Shown: in pieces, positions 1-12,915 of the stretch | Numbering within the stretch: the first letter of the stretch is position 1 | How the letters are laid out: every line of letters begins with the position of its first letter | DNA from: Magallana gigas | Taxonomy: Eukaryota | Length of the DNA: 64,000 bases | Direction: 5' to 3' | Assembly (NCBI RefSeq): GCF_963853765.1 | Contig: NC_088859.1 | Location: 51,832,001-51,896,000, forward strand | The notes under the pieces: generated by a model | What the model saw: only the letters and a program-made list of their open reading frames with translations | The model's database searches: none | What the model was told of the DNA's origin: nothing | Program-made: the position numbers and the translations under genes

Positions 1-341
1 CATCCTATGAATGGTGAATTATTTTCACTTTGTTTAAAAGCCTTGTAATGAAGACTTAGAGGACGGTAATAAAATTACTTGACAATACAAGACGTACATT
101 GTAATGACTTTATTCCACATATTTCAGTTTGGATTAATATAAAACAATATCATAAGATGACATGAGACAATTACATCACAATGATCAACAGTTTTGTAAA
201 ACCATGTCGGGTATTCCATAAACATACCGGTAACATATAGATTTGATCTCGCTGAAATAATCAAAAACGTAGAAAGATATACATCAAGGCTTTCTACTGA
301 CACACACACAGTAAGCCAACCAGAAAATGGCACTGCCACCG

Positions 342-3300
342 TCACGTGTCTCCCTTCTTGATTTTGTGGAACCCAGATGTACTAGAGAAGTACTTGGCAT
401 TGGCGGCTTGTACTTTACGTTCAGCGGCCTGGGGATTCACGATCTCAAGTCCCTGTCAAATAAGATATATTTGTGAATATACATGTACCATCTCCACATA
501 GTAGAACAAATGTCATGGCCAGACTGAGATCTCGAGCTCTATGAACTACTCACTACATTGTAGGGTATTCTAGGCACTATACAAACTGTGGAGGGTGTAC
601 AGTACATGCAACACAAAGTACAGGGATCTAACAGCAGGCACGTAGCATCAGGGGGGGCCAGGGGGGGCCTGGCCCCCCCCACTTTTTCCCGCAGCAACAA
701 ATTTGTTAAAATTTACATATAAAAAAATGAATTATAATGGAGTTGGCCCCCCCACTTTTTTGGAAGTTTGTAAAAAATTGATATGAGAATAAGGAAATGA
801 GTAGTCAATTTGAAGTTACCTTCCCCCCCCCCCCCCCCCCCCCCCCTCCACGGATTAGGAATTTCATGATTTGGAGGAAAAAAAATTATGGTAGGGAACA
901 ACTTTTTTTGGAAGTATAGTTGAGTCTCCCCCCCCCCCCCCCACGGATTAGGATTTTGAAGATTTCTGGAAACTGTAACTTTCCCTTTTATTTTTTATTT
1001 TTTGGGCTTGTCAAGATTTTTTGGATGGGTCTGGCCCCCCCACTTTCAAAAACGATGCTACGTGCCTGTAACATACCTGTAAAGGGGTGCAAAAGCCAAA
1101 CTAAAGGCTGTTCTATTATACATAACTGAAGAGGTCTAAATATATGCACTGGAAACTGTTCTATTATACAGGGTGTCCCATAATATCTGATACCATTTTC
1201 TCTTGGAATAACTTTTGATTAATTTAAATAACAGAAAACCAAAGTCATTTTCGTAACTGTATATGATGTAAATTTTCACTCAACAAATTTTACAAACATT
1301 CATAACTTTTCGACAAATTAAGCATTGTTTTAAAAAAACAACAACAAAAAAGAGGTTGCGTCAAAATGACATCCCTTTTTTATCAATGACAACGTCAATT
1401 TGAAGAGTAAAATTACTCTGTACCAATCTCATCTTCTTAAATCTTCTCACTATTTAGAGAATCTGTTGCCTGCTGAATTGTTTTTCGATAGGCTAATCTT
1501 ATTCAATACTAGTAATTCATACACCTATATCTGGCGTCTGTGTTTAAAATACAGTTTTAAAATGGAAGATACCTGCTCTGTTGTTCAATTCATTTATTCA
1601 ATTCAACCAAAGAAATATGATACAATTTTGTGACATCATAATTCAATGAGAAGCAAATTTTTCTCCTAAACTTTTTTATGGGGAAAAATTAAACTATTTC
1701 ACATTTTATTTGAGTCAAAGTTTACCAGTTTTGGCCATGCAATAATTAATTTACATGCATTTCAAATGGTATCAGATATTCTGGGACACCCTGTACATAC
1801 CTGTAGGGGTGTAAATGACACACTGGACTGTGTTCTATTATACATACCTGTAGGGGTGTAAATGCCACACTGGAGACTGTTCTATTATACATACCTGTAG
1901 GGGTGTAAATGCCACACTGGAGACTGTTCTATTATACATACCTGTAGGGGTGTAAATGCCACACTGGAGACTGTTCTATTATACATACCAGTATGGGTGT
2001 AAATGCCACACTGGGGACTGTTCTATTATACATACCTGTGGGGGTGTAAATGCCACACTGGACGCTGTTCTATTATACATACCTGTAGGGGTGTAAATGC
2101 CACACTGGGGACTGTTCTATTATACATACCTGTAGGGGTGTAAATGCCACACTGGAGACTGTTCTATTATACATACCTGTAGGGGTGTAAATGCCACACT
2201 GGGGACCGTTCTATTAAACATACCTGTAGGGGTGTAAATGCCACACTGGGGACCGTTCTATTATACATACCTGTAGGGATGTAAATGCCACACTGGGGAC
2301 CGTTCTTTTATACATACCTGTAGGGGTGTAAATGCCACACTGAGGACTGTTCTATTATACATACCTGTAAGGGTGTAAATGCCACACTGGGGACTGTTCT
2401 ATTATACATACCTGTAGGGGTGTAAATGCCACACTGGGGACTGTTCTATTATACATACCTGTAGGGGTGTAAATGCCACACTGGGGACTGTTCTATTATA
2501 CATACCTGTAGGGGTGTAAATGCCACACTGGGGACTGTTCTATTATACATACCTGTAGGGGTGTAAATGCCACACTGGACGCTGTTCCAGCAATCTGTCG
2601 TTTCACTGTTGTACTTCCTCCCCAAACATTGTTCTGCTTCTGAACTTTAGCCTTAACAAAATGGATATCAGAAATTACAATCATATCTAATAAATGTCAT
2701 TGTAACTATGCTGTAAACAAAATTAAATCACAAGCATTTTATAAATGACCTTACTCTCTAATATGGTACATGTACAATAAAGAAAAAAACAAACACAGTA
2801 CATGTACTAATATTTCAAATTTTTCAAGTAGCTCTATTTTTTCTTTGAGAACACTGCATGTAAATGCAATTTGCTTTGCTATTTTCTTATAATAAAAACA
2901 ATGTTTTTGTACACCACTTTAACACTGTTAATTTGTGAAAGTAAAAAGTTGCGTATAAAACTTGGTTGACAGGAGAACAAAAACAATATTCACGGCGGTA
3001 AGGAACAAATCACTGTAACAGTACATGGTAAAAGTACGCAAAAACGGATCAAATATTGTTAATTTTTGCTAAACATTTATAATATTTATCAATATTAATA
3101 AAAAAAAAATTGAATCCCTGGCAAAATCATTATGGTACATTTTCAAATGGCTAACTTTCAAGACAAACCAAGTTACATGTAGATAACCACAAAAATTCTG
3201 TTTATACAGTTTTGACACAAGTATGGTACTACTGAATCATTCTGTGACATATGTGTACATGTACAGTACTGACACAAGTATACGGTACTACTGAATCATT

Positions 3301-6300
3301 CTGTGACATATGTGTATATGTACAGTACTGACACAAGTATACGATACTACTGAATCATTCTGTGACATATGTGTACATGTACAGTACTGATACAAGTATA
3401 CAGTACTACTGAATCATTCTGTGACATATGTGTACATGTACAGTACTGACACAAGTATACAGTACTACTGAATCATTCTGTGATACAAGTGTACATATAC
3501 AGTACTGACACAAGTATATATATGTGTACATGTAGACCTCCATGGTTTCTTCTTGTATTGGCTTTAACTAGCACACCTTACCTGTAGAGTCTTAGAGATT
3601 CGGGCCTTGGTTTTGGAGTCCACCACTGGCCCACGGATTTTTCCAGACCGCGATTTGCCTAAAGCTCCGAGAGAAAATCCCAGATCATCTTGATAAGCAT
3701 CTTCCTCAATCTGTAAACATCAACCCTGGTTTGAAGTGATACTACGTTGGCTTAAACTCAATATCAGATTTTGACCTGCAATTATTTCTGCTTACAAAAT
3801 AATTAGTACATATCTTCTTTTATTACCATTTCGCTAAAGATAAAATGTGATTAATGGGCAATATGTCATAAATCTCTTTTAAACTTAATTATTTATCTCT
3901 GAATGCATTATATCAACACAAAAATTAAATAGCAACTATATTTAAACATTTATAGATAGGGCCATCAAATCTTCATTAATTTAACTTAAATGCATCTGAT
4001 GTAATGCTTAATGTGTTTATTTTACCTCTCCAAAGTTCATTCTGTTGGCCGCTTTTCTAACTTCTGTTAATCCTAATCTTTCTTTCATTTTTCTTGCCCT
4101 TAAAAATTAAAAGAGAAGATTAATTAGATTAATGAACACAGAATCCATTTATTATCAAATCGTTGATAAGCCTTCTGTAACTTGCCTTCTAAATCATAAG
4201 AGCCCGTTCTCACCATCCTCGATTTTTCCTGTACAGATCTATAAAGGCTGACTTCTATTTCACTACAAACTACGTTCAAACATTTTTCCTGGACTACTCT
4301 TTATACATCACTAGAACCTACATGAACCTTCACCTTTTCTAGTTGTTTAATTGATTGCTCCATTGTTTATCACTAGAACCTTCATGTACCTTCACCTTTT
4401 CTAGTTGTTTCATTGATTGCTCCATTGTTTATCCCTAGAACCTACATGTACCTTCACCTTTTCTAGTTGTTTCATTGATTGCTCCATTGTTTATCACTAG
4501 AACCTACATGAACCTTCACCTTTTCTAGTTGTTTAATTGATTGCTCCATTGTTTATCACTAGAACCTTCATGTACCTTCACCTTTTCTAGTTGTTTCATT
4601 GATTGCTCCATTGTTTATCCCTAGAACCTACATGTACCTTCACCTTTTCTAGTTGTTTCATTGATTGCTTCATTGTTTATCCCTAGAACCTACATGTACC
4701 CTCACCGTTTCTATTTTATCCCTATAACCTACCTTCTTCCTCCTCGTTTTTTCCGGGACTGCTCAATAGGGGCTGGCAGTGGTTTGACCGTTTTGACGGG
4801 GGGTGGTTCCTGAAGCTTGTCAAGTTTCTGCTCGATCTCTGCCCTTAGGCTGTCACCGATGGCTCCGTCCACGCTCTCGTGGAAGCTGTCCACCCGGGCA
4901 GCCAGTGTACACTTGGCAGCCACTAGACGGGCCGCTTTCTTCCTCAGGTCCTGATCATAAAACATGATTTTTTTTATTACTGCATCAACAAGAAAACCAG
5001 GTCCAGTAACTGTCCTACTTAATCATTACAAGCTACATATAGAATTTGGTTAAAATTAATACTGTAGTGTTTGAAGAGGCTGAAAAGATAAAATTGTAAC
5101 AACATCTGACAAATAATGAACACAAAGTAAGCCCTGTAAATACTTTCTATGTTTGCGATAAATAAAACATAAGCAAGTGTCAACTGTAAATTCTTAGAAA
5201 ATATTAAGGAAGTTACCGGCGGAGTTTTCTGGGCGATTTCACTGTAATACACGTGCCCTGTGTGGGGGAGAATGGCGGCTGTTGAAAATCCAGACAAGGT
5301 TCTTTTCTGTGCACCAAGTATTTGAACGTTACAGGCCGGCATTTTGGATAAATTTGTCAGGCCCCCAGCAGTTCCTAACAATATTACATACATTTGTATA
5401 TATAGAACAATGTTATAGAGTACAGATGAATTAGTCAAATCATCAGCAGTTTTTAAAATAGTTATTACATGTATGAAATATTTATGTGTTAAATTCAACA
5501 ATACTATGGCTGATATACTGTAGATTATGCTGGTAAATTAACAACCAGCCATGAATCGTTCCATTCCAAATGTTATCAATGATGAATTGTTTCACTCTAT
5601 AGATCCAAGAATACTGCAAATTATCAATACAAGTTGTTTTGTTCTGTGTGAAGAATGACCCAAGTTTATGGCCACTTATAAGTATTTTATGAACAACACA
5701 AGTAGTTTTGCTGTATGTAGTGACTGACCCATGAGTTTGGCAGCTATGGAGGCTCCCACGATGATGGACAGATTGGGGGCGATGAAGGACATACGAGACT
5801 CTACGTACTCAAAGATCTTAGCCTTGCACTCCGTCAGGTCGACGGCCTGTAACAAACAAACAAACAATAATCCACATAAACAGAATATACTCGTCACTTG
5901 ATTCAGTCTATTGAATTTGTATGTAATTTTAATGATCGATCAAATTGTTTAATTAACCTCAGTTTTACACAGACTACCTTCAACATACACATGACTTATT
6001 TTTTACAGAAACTTAAGGAGGCCGATTTGGGTTTCTTTGCGGAAAAACTACAATAGCATAACTCTTTATTTTTTAACCATATGTTATTTAAACCAACTCT
6101 AGTTTATATGCGAAGGTTCATGAAAATCGACCGTCTGGTTCTTTTTAGGGACCATCTCAAAATAGAGGTACATTTACTATAGGAATAAATAGGAAACTGT
6201 CATTTTCCGCACATCAAAGCAGTTTTAAAAAAATACTACAATAGCTTTTTTTCTCAAATTGTTATATATGATAAGTAATATCATTTCCTACCTTATATGT

Positions 6301-9300
6301 AAAACACACAAAATTCTACCGTCTGGTTTTTAATGGGGGCCATCTCAAAATATTAAAATGCACCAAATTTTGCTATATATTTGGATCATTACGAATGATG
6401 ATTGGTATAATGGATTTATTCCAAAATTGAGGAAAGTATCCTCGAGGATAGCATCATTCTGTGTATAAAATTTCAACAGCGTACAATTTTTACTTTTTCT
6501 TTTATATTATTTCTTATAACGTACTCCTACAAAGGTTCATTTTATCATAACGTCATAAAAGCGCAATGGCAATGCGCTCCTACTGCACAACGTAAAAATC
6601 GTGTTAAAAATAAAAATTTCCTTTAAAAATCTAAATATTTTTATCTGTATTTTGTTTATTGTGTTCAATTTTATAAATGATATCGAAAAAAATTCATAAG
6701 AAGTATAAAACAACTGTATTATATTACAATGCGCAAAAACATGCGCAATGCAAACTAAAGTCGGCCTCCTTAAGGCTTACCATTTTACATGCTTCGTTAA
6801 CGACAGCCAGTTCCTCGGGGGTCAGCTCTGACCTACAAGATGAAGAAAGTTTTCAACACAGCAGATCTTGTCTAATTTCTATCAGAAAAACAAATTCACA
6901 ATACAAGAACTGTCTCTGAGGACTATTTCAATTCCTGTCATGTAAATGATGATGTTTTACGGTTACCGTATTTAAACAGGCTGACGCTAAATGAAAAATA
7001 TTTAAAAATAAGTTTGGGTCATGGAAACGAAACACCCTTAATTTAAAACATAATTTTTGCCCCAAATGAGCTCCTTATTTTTGTTTATAAACTACATAAA
7101 ACATATGCATCTCACTGACCACCATTATAGTGTTTGTGCCCATGTAGGTGGGTGGGGGATGTCTGAGGTACTTACCCCTGTGTAGTGGATGCTGTGACAC
7201 TGACCACCATTATGGTGTGTGTGGGTGGGTGGGGGATGTCTGAGGTACTTACCCCTGTGTAGTGGACGCTGTGACATTGACCACCATTATGGTGTGTGTG
7301 GGTGGGTGGGGGATGTCTGAGGTACTTACCCCTGTGTAGTGGACGCTGTGACATTGACCACCATTATGGTGTGTGTGGGTGGGTGGGGGATGTCTGAGGT
7401 ACTTACCCCTGTGTAGTGGACCCTGTGACATTGACCACCATTATGGTGTGTGTGGGTGGGGGATGTCTGAGGTACTTACCCCTGTGTAGTGGACGCTGTG
7501 ACACTGACCATCATTATGGTGTGTGTGGGTGGGGGATGTCTGAGGTACTTATCCCTGTGTAGTGGACGCTGTGACATTGACCACCATTATGGTGTGTGTG
7601 TGTGGGTGGGGGATGTCTGAGGTACTTACCCCTGTGTAGTGGACGCTGTGACACTGACCACCATTATGGTGTGTGTGTGTGGGTGGGGGATGTCTGAGGT
7701 ACTTACCCCTGTGTAGTGGACGCTGTGACATTGACCACCATTATGGTGTGTGTGTGTGGGTGGGGGATGTCTGAGGTACTTACCCCTGTGTAGTGGACGC
7801 TGTGACACTGACCATCATTATGGTGTGTGTGGGTGGGGGATGTCTGAGGTACTTACCCCTGTGTAGTGGACGCTGTGACACTGACCATCATTATGGTGTG
7901 TGTGGGTGGGGGATGTCTGAGGTACTTACCCCTGTGTAGTGGACGCTGTGACACTGACCACCATTATGGTGTGTGTGGGTGGGTGGGGGATGTCTGAGGT
8001 ACTTACCCCTGTGTAGTGGACGCTGTGACATTGACCACCATTATGGTGTGTGTGGGTGGGTGGGGGATGACTGAGGTACTTACCCCTGTGTAGTGGACGC
8101 TGTGACACTGACCACCATTATGGTGTGTGTGTGTGGGTGGGGGATGTCTGAGGTACTTACCCCTGTGTAGTGGACGCTGAGACACTGACCACCATTATGG
8201 TGTGTGTGGGTAGGTGGGGGATGTCTGAAGTACTTACCCCTGTGTAGTGGACGCTGTGACACTGACCACCATTACGGTGTGTGTGGGTGGGTGGGGGATG
8301 TCTGAGGTACTTACCCCTGTGTAGTGGACGCTGTGACACTGACCACCATTATGGTGTGTGTGGGTGGGTGGGGGATGACTGAGGTACTTACCCCTGTGTA
8401 GTGGACGCTGTGACACTGACCACCATTATGGTGTGTGTGTGTGGGTGGGGGATGTCTGAGGTACTTACCCCTGTGTAGTGGACGCTGAGACACTGACCAC
8501 CATTATGGTGTGTGTGGGTAGGTGGGGGATGTCTGAAGTACTTACCCCTGTGTAGTGGACGCTGTGACACTGACCACCATTATGGTGTGTGTGGGTGGGT
8601 GGGGGATGTCTGAGGTACTTACCCCTGTGTAGTGGACCCTGTGACACTGACCACCATTACGGTGTGTGTGGGTGGGTGGGGGATGTCTGAGGTACTTACC
8701 CCTGTGTAGTGGATGCTGTGACACTGACCAACATTATGGTGTGTGTGTGTGGGTGGGGGATGTCTAAGGTACTTACCCCTGTGTAGTGGACGCTGTGACA
8801 ATGACCAACAATATGGTGTGTGTGGGTGGGTGGGGGATGTCTGAGGTACTTACCCCTGTGTAGTGGATGCTGTGACACTGACCACCATTATGGTGTGTGT
8901 GGGTGGGGGATGTCTGAGGTACTTACCCCTGTGTAGTGGAAGCTGTGACACTGACCAACATTATGGTGTGTGTGGGTGGGTGGGGGATGTCTGAGGTACT
9001 TACCCCTGTGTAGTGGACGCTGTGACACTGACCACCATTATGGTGTGTGTGTGTGGGTGGGGGATGTCTGAGGTACTTACCCCTGTGTAGTGGACGCTGT
9101 GACACTGACCACCATTATGGTGTGTGTGTGTGGGTGGGGAATGTCTGAGGTACTTACCCCTGTGTAGTGGATTCTGTGACATTGACCACCATTATGGTGT
9201 GTGTGGGTGGGTGGGGAATGTCTGAGGTACTTACCCCTGTGTAGTGGACGCTGTGACAATGACCACCATTATGGTGTGTGTGTGTGGGTGGGGGATGTCT

Positions 9301-11914
9301 GAGGTACTTACCCCTGTGTAGTGGACGCTGTGACACTGACCACCATTATGGTGTGTGTGGGTGGGTGGGGGATGTCTGAGGTACTTACCCCTGTGTAGTG
9401 GACGCTGTGACACTGAGCACCATTACGGTGTGTGTGTGTGGGTGGGGGATGTCTGAGGTACTTACCCCTGTGTAGTGGAGGCTGTGACACTGACCACCAT
9501 TATGGTAGCTGGGGTCAAGATCTCCTGTAACACTTCATTGCTCTTTGAGTTCTCCAGGATGTTGTTGCCAAGTTCCTATCAATATACACAGCCTTTTAAT
9601 GTATGATTAAATGAAGTATAATTGGCAATATTATTACCAGGGATAAATTCACACTTAGTAAGCAAGAAGAAATGTGCACAAAAGAAATGAAGAGAACCTT
9701 TTACCTGTACAGTCCTAATGTACTCTAGTGGTGTGGGAACGAGTGATTCCAGTTCAGGGAACCTCTTAGAGTAGTGATCTCTTGTAAACTTGTGAATCAC
9801 ATCTATAAAAACAAAAATAGACATTTAATTGTCAGACCATGTCTGCAAAAGTGTAGATTTGTTGTACACAATAACAAGCAGTGTCTCACTTATTTCATTG
9901 TCGATCTCTACGGTGATGTTGTTCGCCTCCACAATCAGCTGATACTCTGGGTCAGCCTCTACCGGACCCGCCACTGTCAAACATCAACAAATTATATCAG
10001 TGTATCATTGAAACTTTCTCTGTCAAACTTCAAAAAATTTTACGTGTAGCTTATATTTTTTAAAATAATTAAATCAACTAAAATCACTGTGACCATTGTT
10101 GTAAAAGCAGAATCATTTTTCGCTGATTATTTTTACTTTCATCAAACATGTAAGCTTGCCAATATAATATTTATCTGTATGCTCAGAAAGACCAATTTCT
10201 TACAGAATTAGGCTTCTAGCTTGACTAACATTTAAAACCTCTGATCAATCGACAAATCTGTTTTCTCTGAAGATGCAAGTATTGGCTATAGATTAAGAGT
10301 AAAGCCTAGATCACATTTAAGCTGATGGTTGGGCAAACAAATTCTCCTCGAATAGTCAGCTGATGAAATATGATTGCTCCACACTGATATAGGATGACGC
10401 GGAGCAGTCAAATTAAGGTATTCGATGTATAAAGACCACATTTTGTACCTAATAAATGATTGGTTCGATATTCTTAATCATGATATCATTCTGAAGGTGT
10501 TATCAAATAAAAATTAAATACTCCACAAAAGGAATTTTCAACATTTTGATTATGGTCCAACTAGTCACACCTTTAATTTTGCATTGAAGTCTATGGACAA
10601 TGTATGCTTTATTAAGATATTGTAAAAAGTAACTTAAAATTCATAAAACTCTCTTGGTTAATACATGCATAAACTTTCTCTTTACTAAAATATGAAATAA
10701 AATGAATTATTTACCGCAGATATTTTGAGGAAATCAAAATTTTCTTTTCTTCATCAAGAAGAGATAACTCTTTAGATTTGAGACGCAAAATGACAGGCTA
10801 CTGAAAGGTTGTCAGTCATGTGAATTTGGTTCATTTTACTTTCATTGTTTTCTAGCAATACATATTATACTAGTTTAAAATGATTCAAAATTGTTCAATA
10901 TCCCATCATTATACATTGAATACCTTAATTCCAAGGAACATTGATAACTTTAAATAAAAGTTTGAATATTTATTAGCTGACAAATCACTCCCAGATCATC
11001 GAGCGCTGGGCCACAGTTTGATTTTCCCAAGCCTTTAATTTCATAAACAAGTCGGCAATTGCTGATATTCACTTGTAACAATGTGGGCATTGCTTCAATT
11101 TACTTATAAAAAGGTTTGGAGCATGGCCTTGTTTGCCTGACCACTGCTTATTAAGCAATAAATGGTAGATGTTTAAAGTAATCCGTATACGATCAGCCCT
11201 TCGTCAGTAGATTTATCAAAACCGCCTGACAGACCAGTCGACCCTCTGTTGAGTTTTTATCCTCATTAGGTGTCTGCCAGCCGATATGTAAGAAAAACCC
11301 AAATGCCTAAATGTCGAACAACTGACAACATACATAACAAACTGTCTGCTGATGATTGGGAATTGCTTGGCAGACTATTCAATGACTGCTTCAACAGAAG
11401 AGATTGGCCACCAATGCAGAAAAGATTAGAACATGGCCCAACAGACACAAATTTGGTCAGCCAAAAAAAAGAGTTCAAAATCCGCCAATAATTTGGCTGA
11501 TGAACTGCACTCTATTGCCCAAAAAATCCCATTTTTGCCTCAAAACTGTCAGCCATTAGTTGTTTTTTGAGATGTGACTGAAATTTAAGACTAAAGCTGT
11601 TGTTTCTTATGTACCGGTAATGTCCATCATACAGGGACTTGCAAAGTCAACAGATTAGGTTATTAAACAATTATTTATAGCTAACCTTTGTCCCGCCGCG
11701 GTTGACTGGCATATCTCTTTACTTCTGTCATAATGCGCGCCAGGTCTGGTCCATCCCGGAGTTTTGCAATGTGTTTTACGGATTCTTTGTTGGAGTAATC
11801 CACCTCTGGAACTACTTCATCCACCTCAGCGATGTCATCCATCGCTTCCTCCTCCACATTCTGCTCCACATCATCGTCCTCAAAGTCCGCCAACAACTCG
11901 TCCGCCAGAGACAT
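342..11914 (-). CDS. PRPF31: U4/U6 snRNP protein Prp31 (pre-mRNA processing factor 31), complete, 12 coding exons, 492 aa
   Basis: Exons: complement join 11686-11914, 9890-9973, 9705-9802, 9466-9575, 6781-6832, 5729-5846, 5217-5374, 4733-4950, 4026-4098, 3582-3710, 2553-2651, 342-452. All introns are GT-AG with consistent phases; total 1479 nt. Motifs: [116 protein letters not shown] on the - strand at 109-114. Confidence 0.97.
635..1068. mobile_element. Non-autonomous TIR element (MITE) in the last PRPF31 intron
   Basis: Perfect 15-bp TIR: CAGGCACGTAGCATC (635-649) / GATGCTACGTGCCTG (1054-1068). Flanks TAACAG / TAACAT form a near 6-bp TSD. Internal poly-G/C and repeated GGCCCCCCCACTTT motifs. 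Confidence 0.8.
1169..1793. mobile_element. Tc1/mariner-type MITE, 625 bp, inserted into the 47-bp minisatellite
   Basis: 30-bp TIR CAGGGTGTCCCATAATATCTGATACCATTT / AAATGGTATCAGATATTCTGGGACACCCTG (1 mismatch), TA on both sides, no ORF. Confidence 0.88.
1794..2590 (-). repeat. 47-bp minisatellite (~17 copies, plus decayed copies at 1069-1168) built from a PRPF31 exon 3' end and its 5' splice site
   Basis: Minus-strand unit GAACAGTCCCCAGTGTGGCATTTACACCCCTACAG|GTATGTATAATA; period measured at 1841 and 1888. The top copy is the real exon end (..AFTPLQ, donor at 2552). Confidence 0.95.
3213..3535. repeat. 59-bp minisatellite, ~5.5 copies, intronic
   Basis: Unit GACACAAGTATACGGTACTACTGAATCATTCTGTGACATATGTGTACATGTACAGTACT; period seen at 3241/3300/3359. 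Confidence 0.92.
4309..4730. repeat. 62-bp minisatellite, ~6.7 copies, starting at the donor of PRPF31 exon 4733-4950
   Basis: Unit CACTAGAACCTACATGTACCTTCACCTTTTCTAGTTGTTTCATTGATTGCTCCATTGTTTAT; period seen at 4321/4383/4445. Confidence 0.92.
6017..6769. mobile_element. TTAA-target non-autonomous DNA transposon (Kolobok-like MITE), 753 bp
   Basis: TTAA|GGAGGCCGA ... TCGGCCTCC|TTAA, with TSDs at 6013-6016 and 6770-6773. GG..CC (RR..YY) ends fit Kolobok rather than piggyBac CCC..GGG. Confidence 0.8.
7113..9506 (-). repeat. 73-77-bp minisatellite, 31 copies, each containing the PRPF31 exon 3' end and its GTAAGT donor
   Basis: Minus-strand unit ACCATAATGGTGGTCAGTGTCACAGCGTCCACTACACAGGG|GTAAGTACCTCAGACATCCCCCACCCACCCACACAC. 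I counted 31 donor positions from 7171 to 9461; the copy near 7548 has GT mutated to AT. Confidence 0.97.
10417..10924. mobile_element. Second TTAA-target (Kolobok-like) MITE, 508 bp
   Basis: TTAA|GGTATTCGATGTAT ... ATACATTGAATACC|TTAA: 14-bp TIR with 1 mismatch and TTAA TSD. Confidence 0.78.
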
Positions 11915-12239
11915 GGTCAATCTTTCTCAGTTTTTATTATTGGTAACTAAATAAACAGATCAAATAAATATCTTAATTGAGATAGCTCAATGTTGAATGT
12001 CAAATGACTAAAAGAACCTAAGTGATAGCGCTCTAAACTTCTGGTATCAGATATTGTGTTGCAACTTTCCTTGTGAACTTGTTGTCTTCTCTTAAAGTGT
12101 ATATTCCTTAGTAACTCATGTGTTCGTTTAAAAGACCAAGTAACTCAGAGTTTCCCAGTTAAATTGAGTGTTAAACACCGAAACTGAAGGACCTCATTAA
12201 CAAAGTGAGAAAAGATTCAAAGTACAATGTGTTTTGTTG

Positions 12240-12880
12240 CAAACTTATTCTAAAAATATTTATCAATGATTTGCCTTATAATATCCAAAATACTGATAAT
12301 GATGTTGATTTAAACGACAATTTTATTTATGCAGATGATGTTGTTTTGTTATCAAAGTCTCAAATGGGTCTTCAACAAAAATTTGATTGTCTTAGCAAAT
12401 TCTGTAAGGACTGGTGCCTCACAGTCAATGTGTCAAAAACAGACTCTAATTTTAATCAATAAAGCAGGTTGCCACATATCGCGGGAATTTTTGCTAGATA
12501 CAGAGCCAATAGAATGTGTTACTCCTATAATTACTAAGACATTTATTTCAGAGCATCTTGACGTTTCTCTTTGGCCACGAAGAAAAATATCAAAAAGCTC
12601 AAAGCGCTAAAAGCTTATTACAAACTTCAGAAGGATTTTTTGTGTTTAAACCTTGGTGTGAAAAACATCTAACGGCACTCACATTTTTGATTATCATTAT
12701 CATACCATTAAACCTATACTACTATATGATGGTGAAATATGGGGTTCATTTAAAACTCAGTCATTCAGAACATTTTCGAAACAATTCCACTGATTCAGAT
12801 GAAATATATTCTAAGACTTGTGTAAAAAACTTCATAGTATATGTATTAAATTTTACAGATATATTCTCGGAGTTCATAAG
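12240..12880 (+). mobile_element. Degenerate non-LTR retrotransposon RT fragment (CR1/L2-like), antisense in PRPF31 intron 1
   Basis: Frameshifted peptides IFINDLP..YADDVVLLSKSQMGLQQKFDCLSKFCKDWCLTVNVSKT, LINKAG..PIECV and a GEIWG-like segment, typical of LINE RT and its C-terminal region. Confidence 0.8.
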
Positions 12881-12915
12881 AAAAATGCAAAATTTGCAAT
12901 TCAAACGTAACTTAC

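Noticed and set aside
822-846. Long poly-C/poly-G runs as G-quadruplex regulatory sites (also 13677-13688, 30221-30240)
   Set aside because: Those at 822-846 and 13677-13688 are internal parts of MITEs, and homopolymer length is unreliable in assemblies.
5019-5501. 160-aa ORF as a single exon
   Set aside because: Only 5217-5374 is PRPF31 coding sequence; the flanks are intron read-through bounded by clear GT/AG sites.
7172-9490. About twenty 60-aa His/Pro/Thr-rich ORFs suggesting a peptide gene cluster
   Set aside because: They are phase-shifted readings of the 77-bp intronic repeat; each ends at the TAA inside the donor.
7113-9506. CRISPR-like appearance of regularly spaced repeats (also the 36-, 45-, 46- and 47-bp arrays)
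   Set aside because: Units are contiguous with no unique spacers, there are no cas genes, and the context is spliceosomal-intron eukaryotic DNA.
11270-11491. 73-aa + strand ORF in a PRPF31 intron
   Set aside because: No recognisable domain, short, non-ATG start; may be repeat-derived but cannot be supported.
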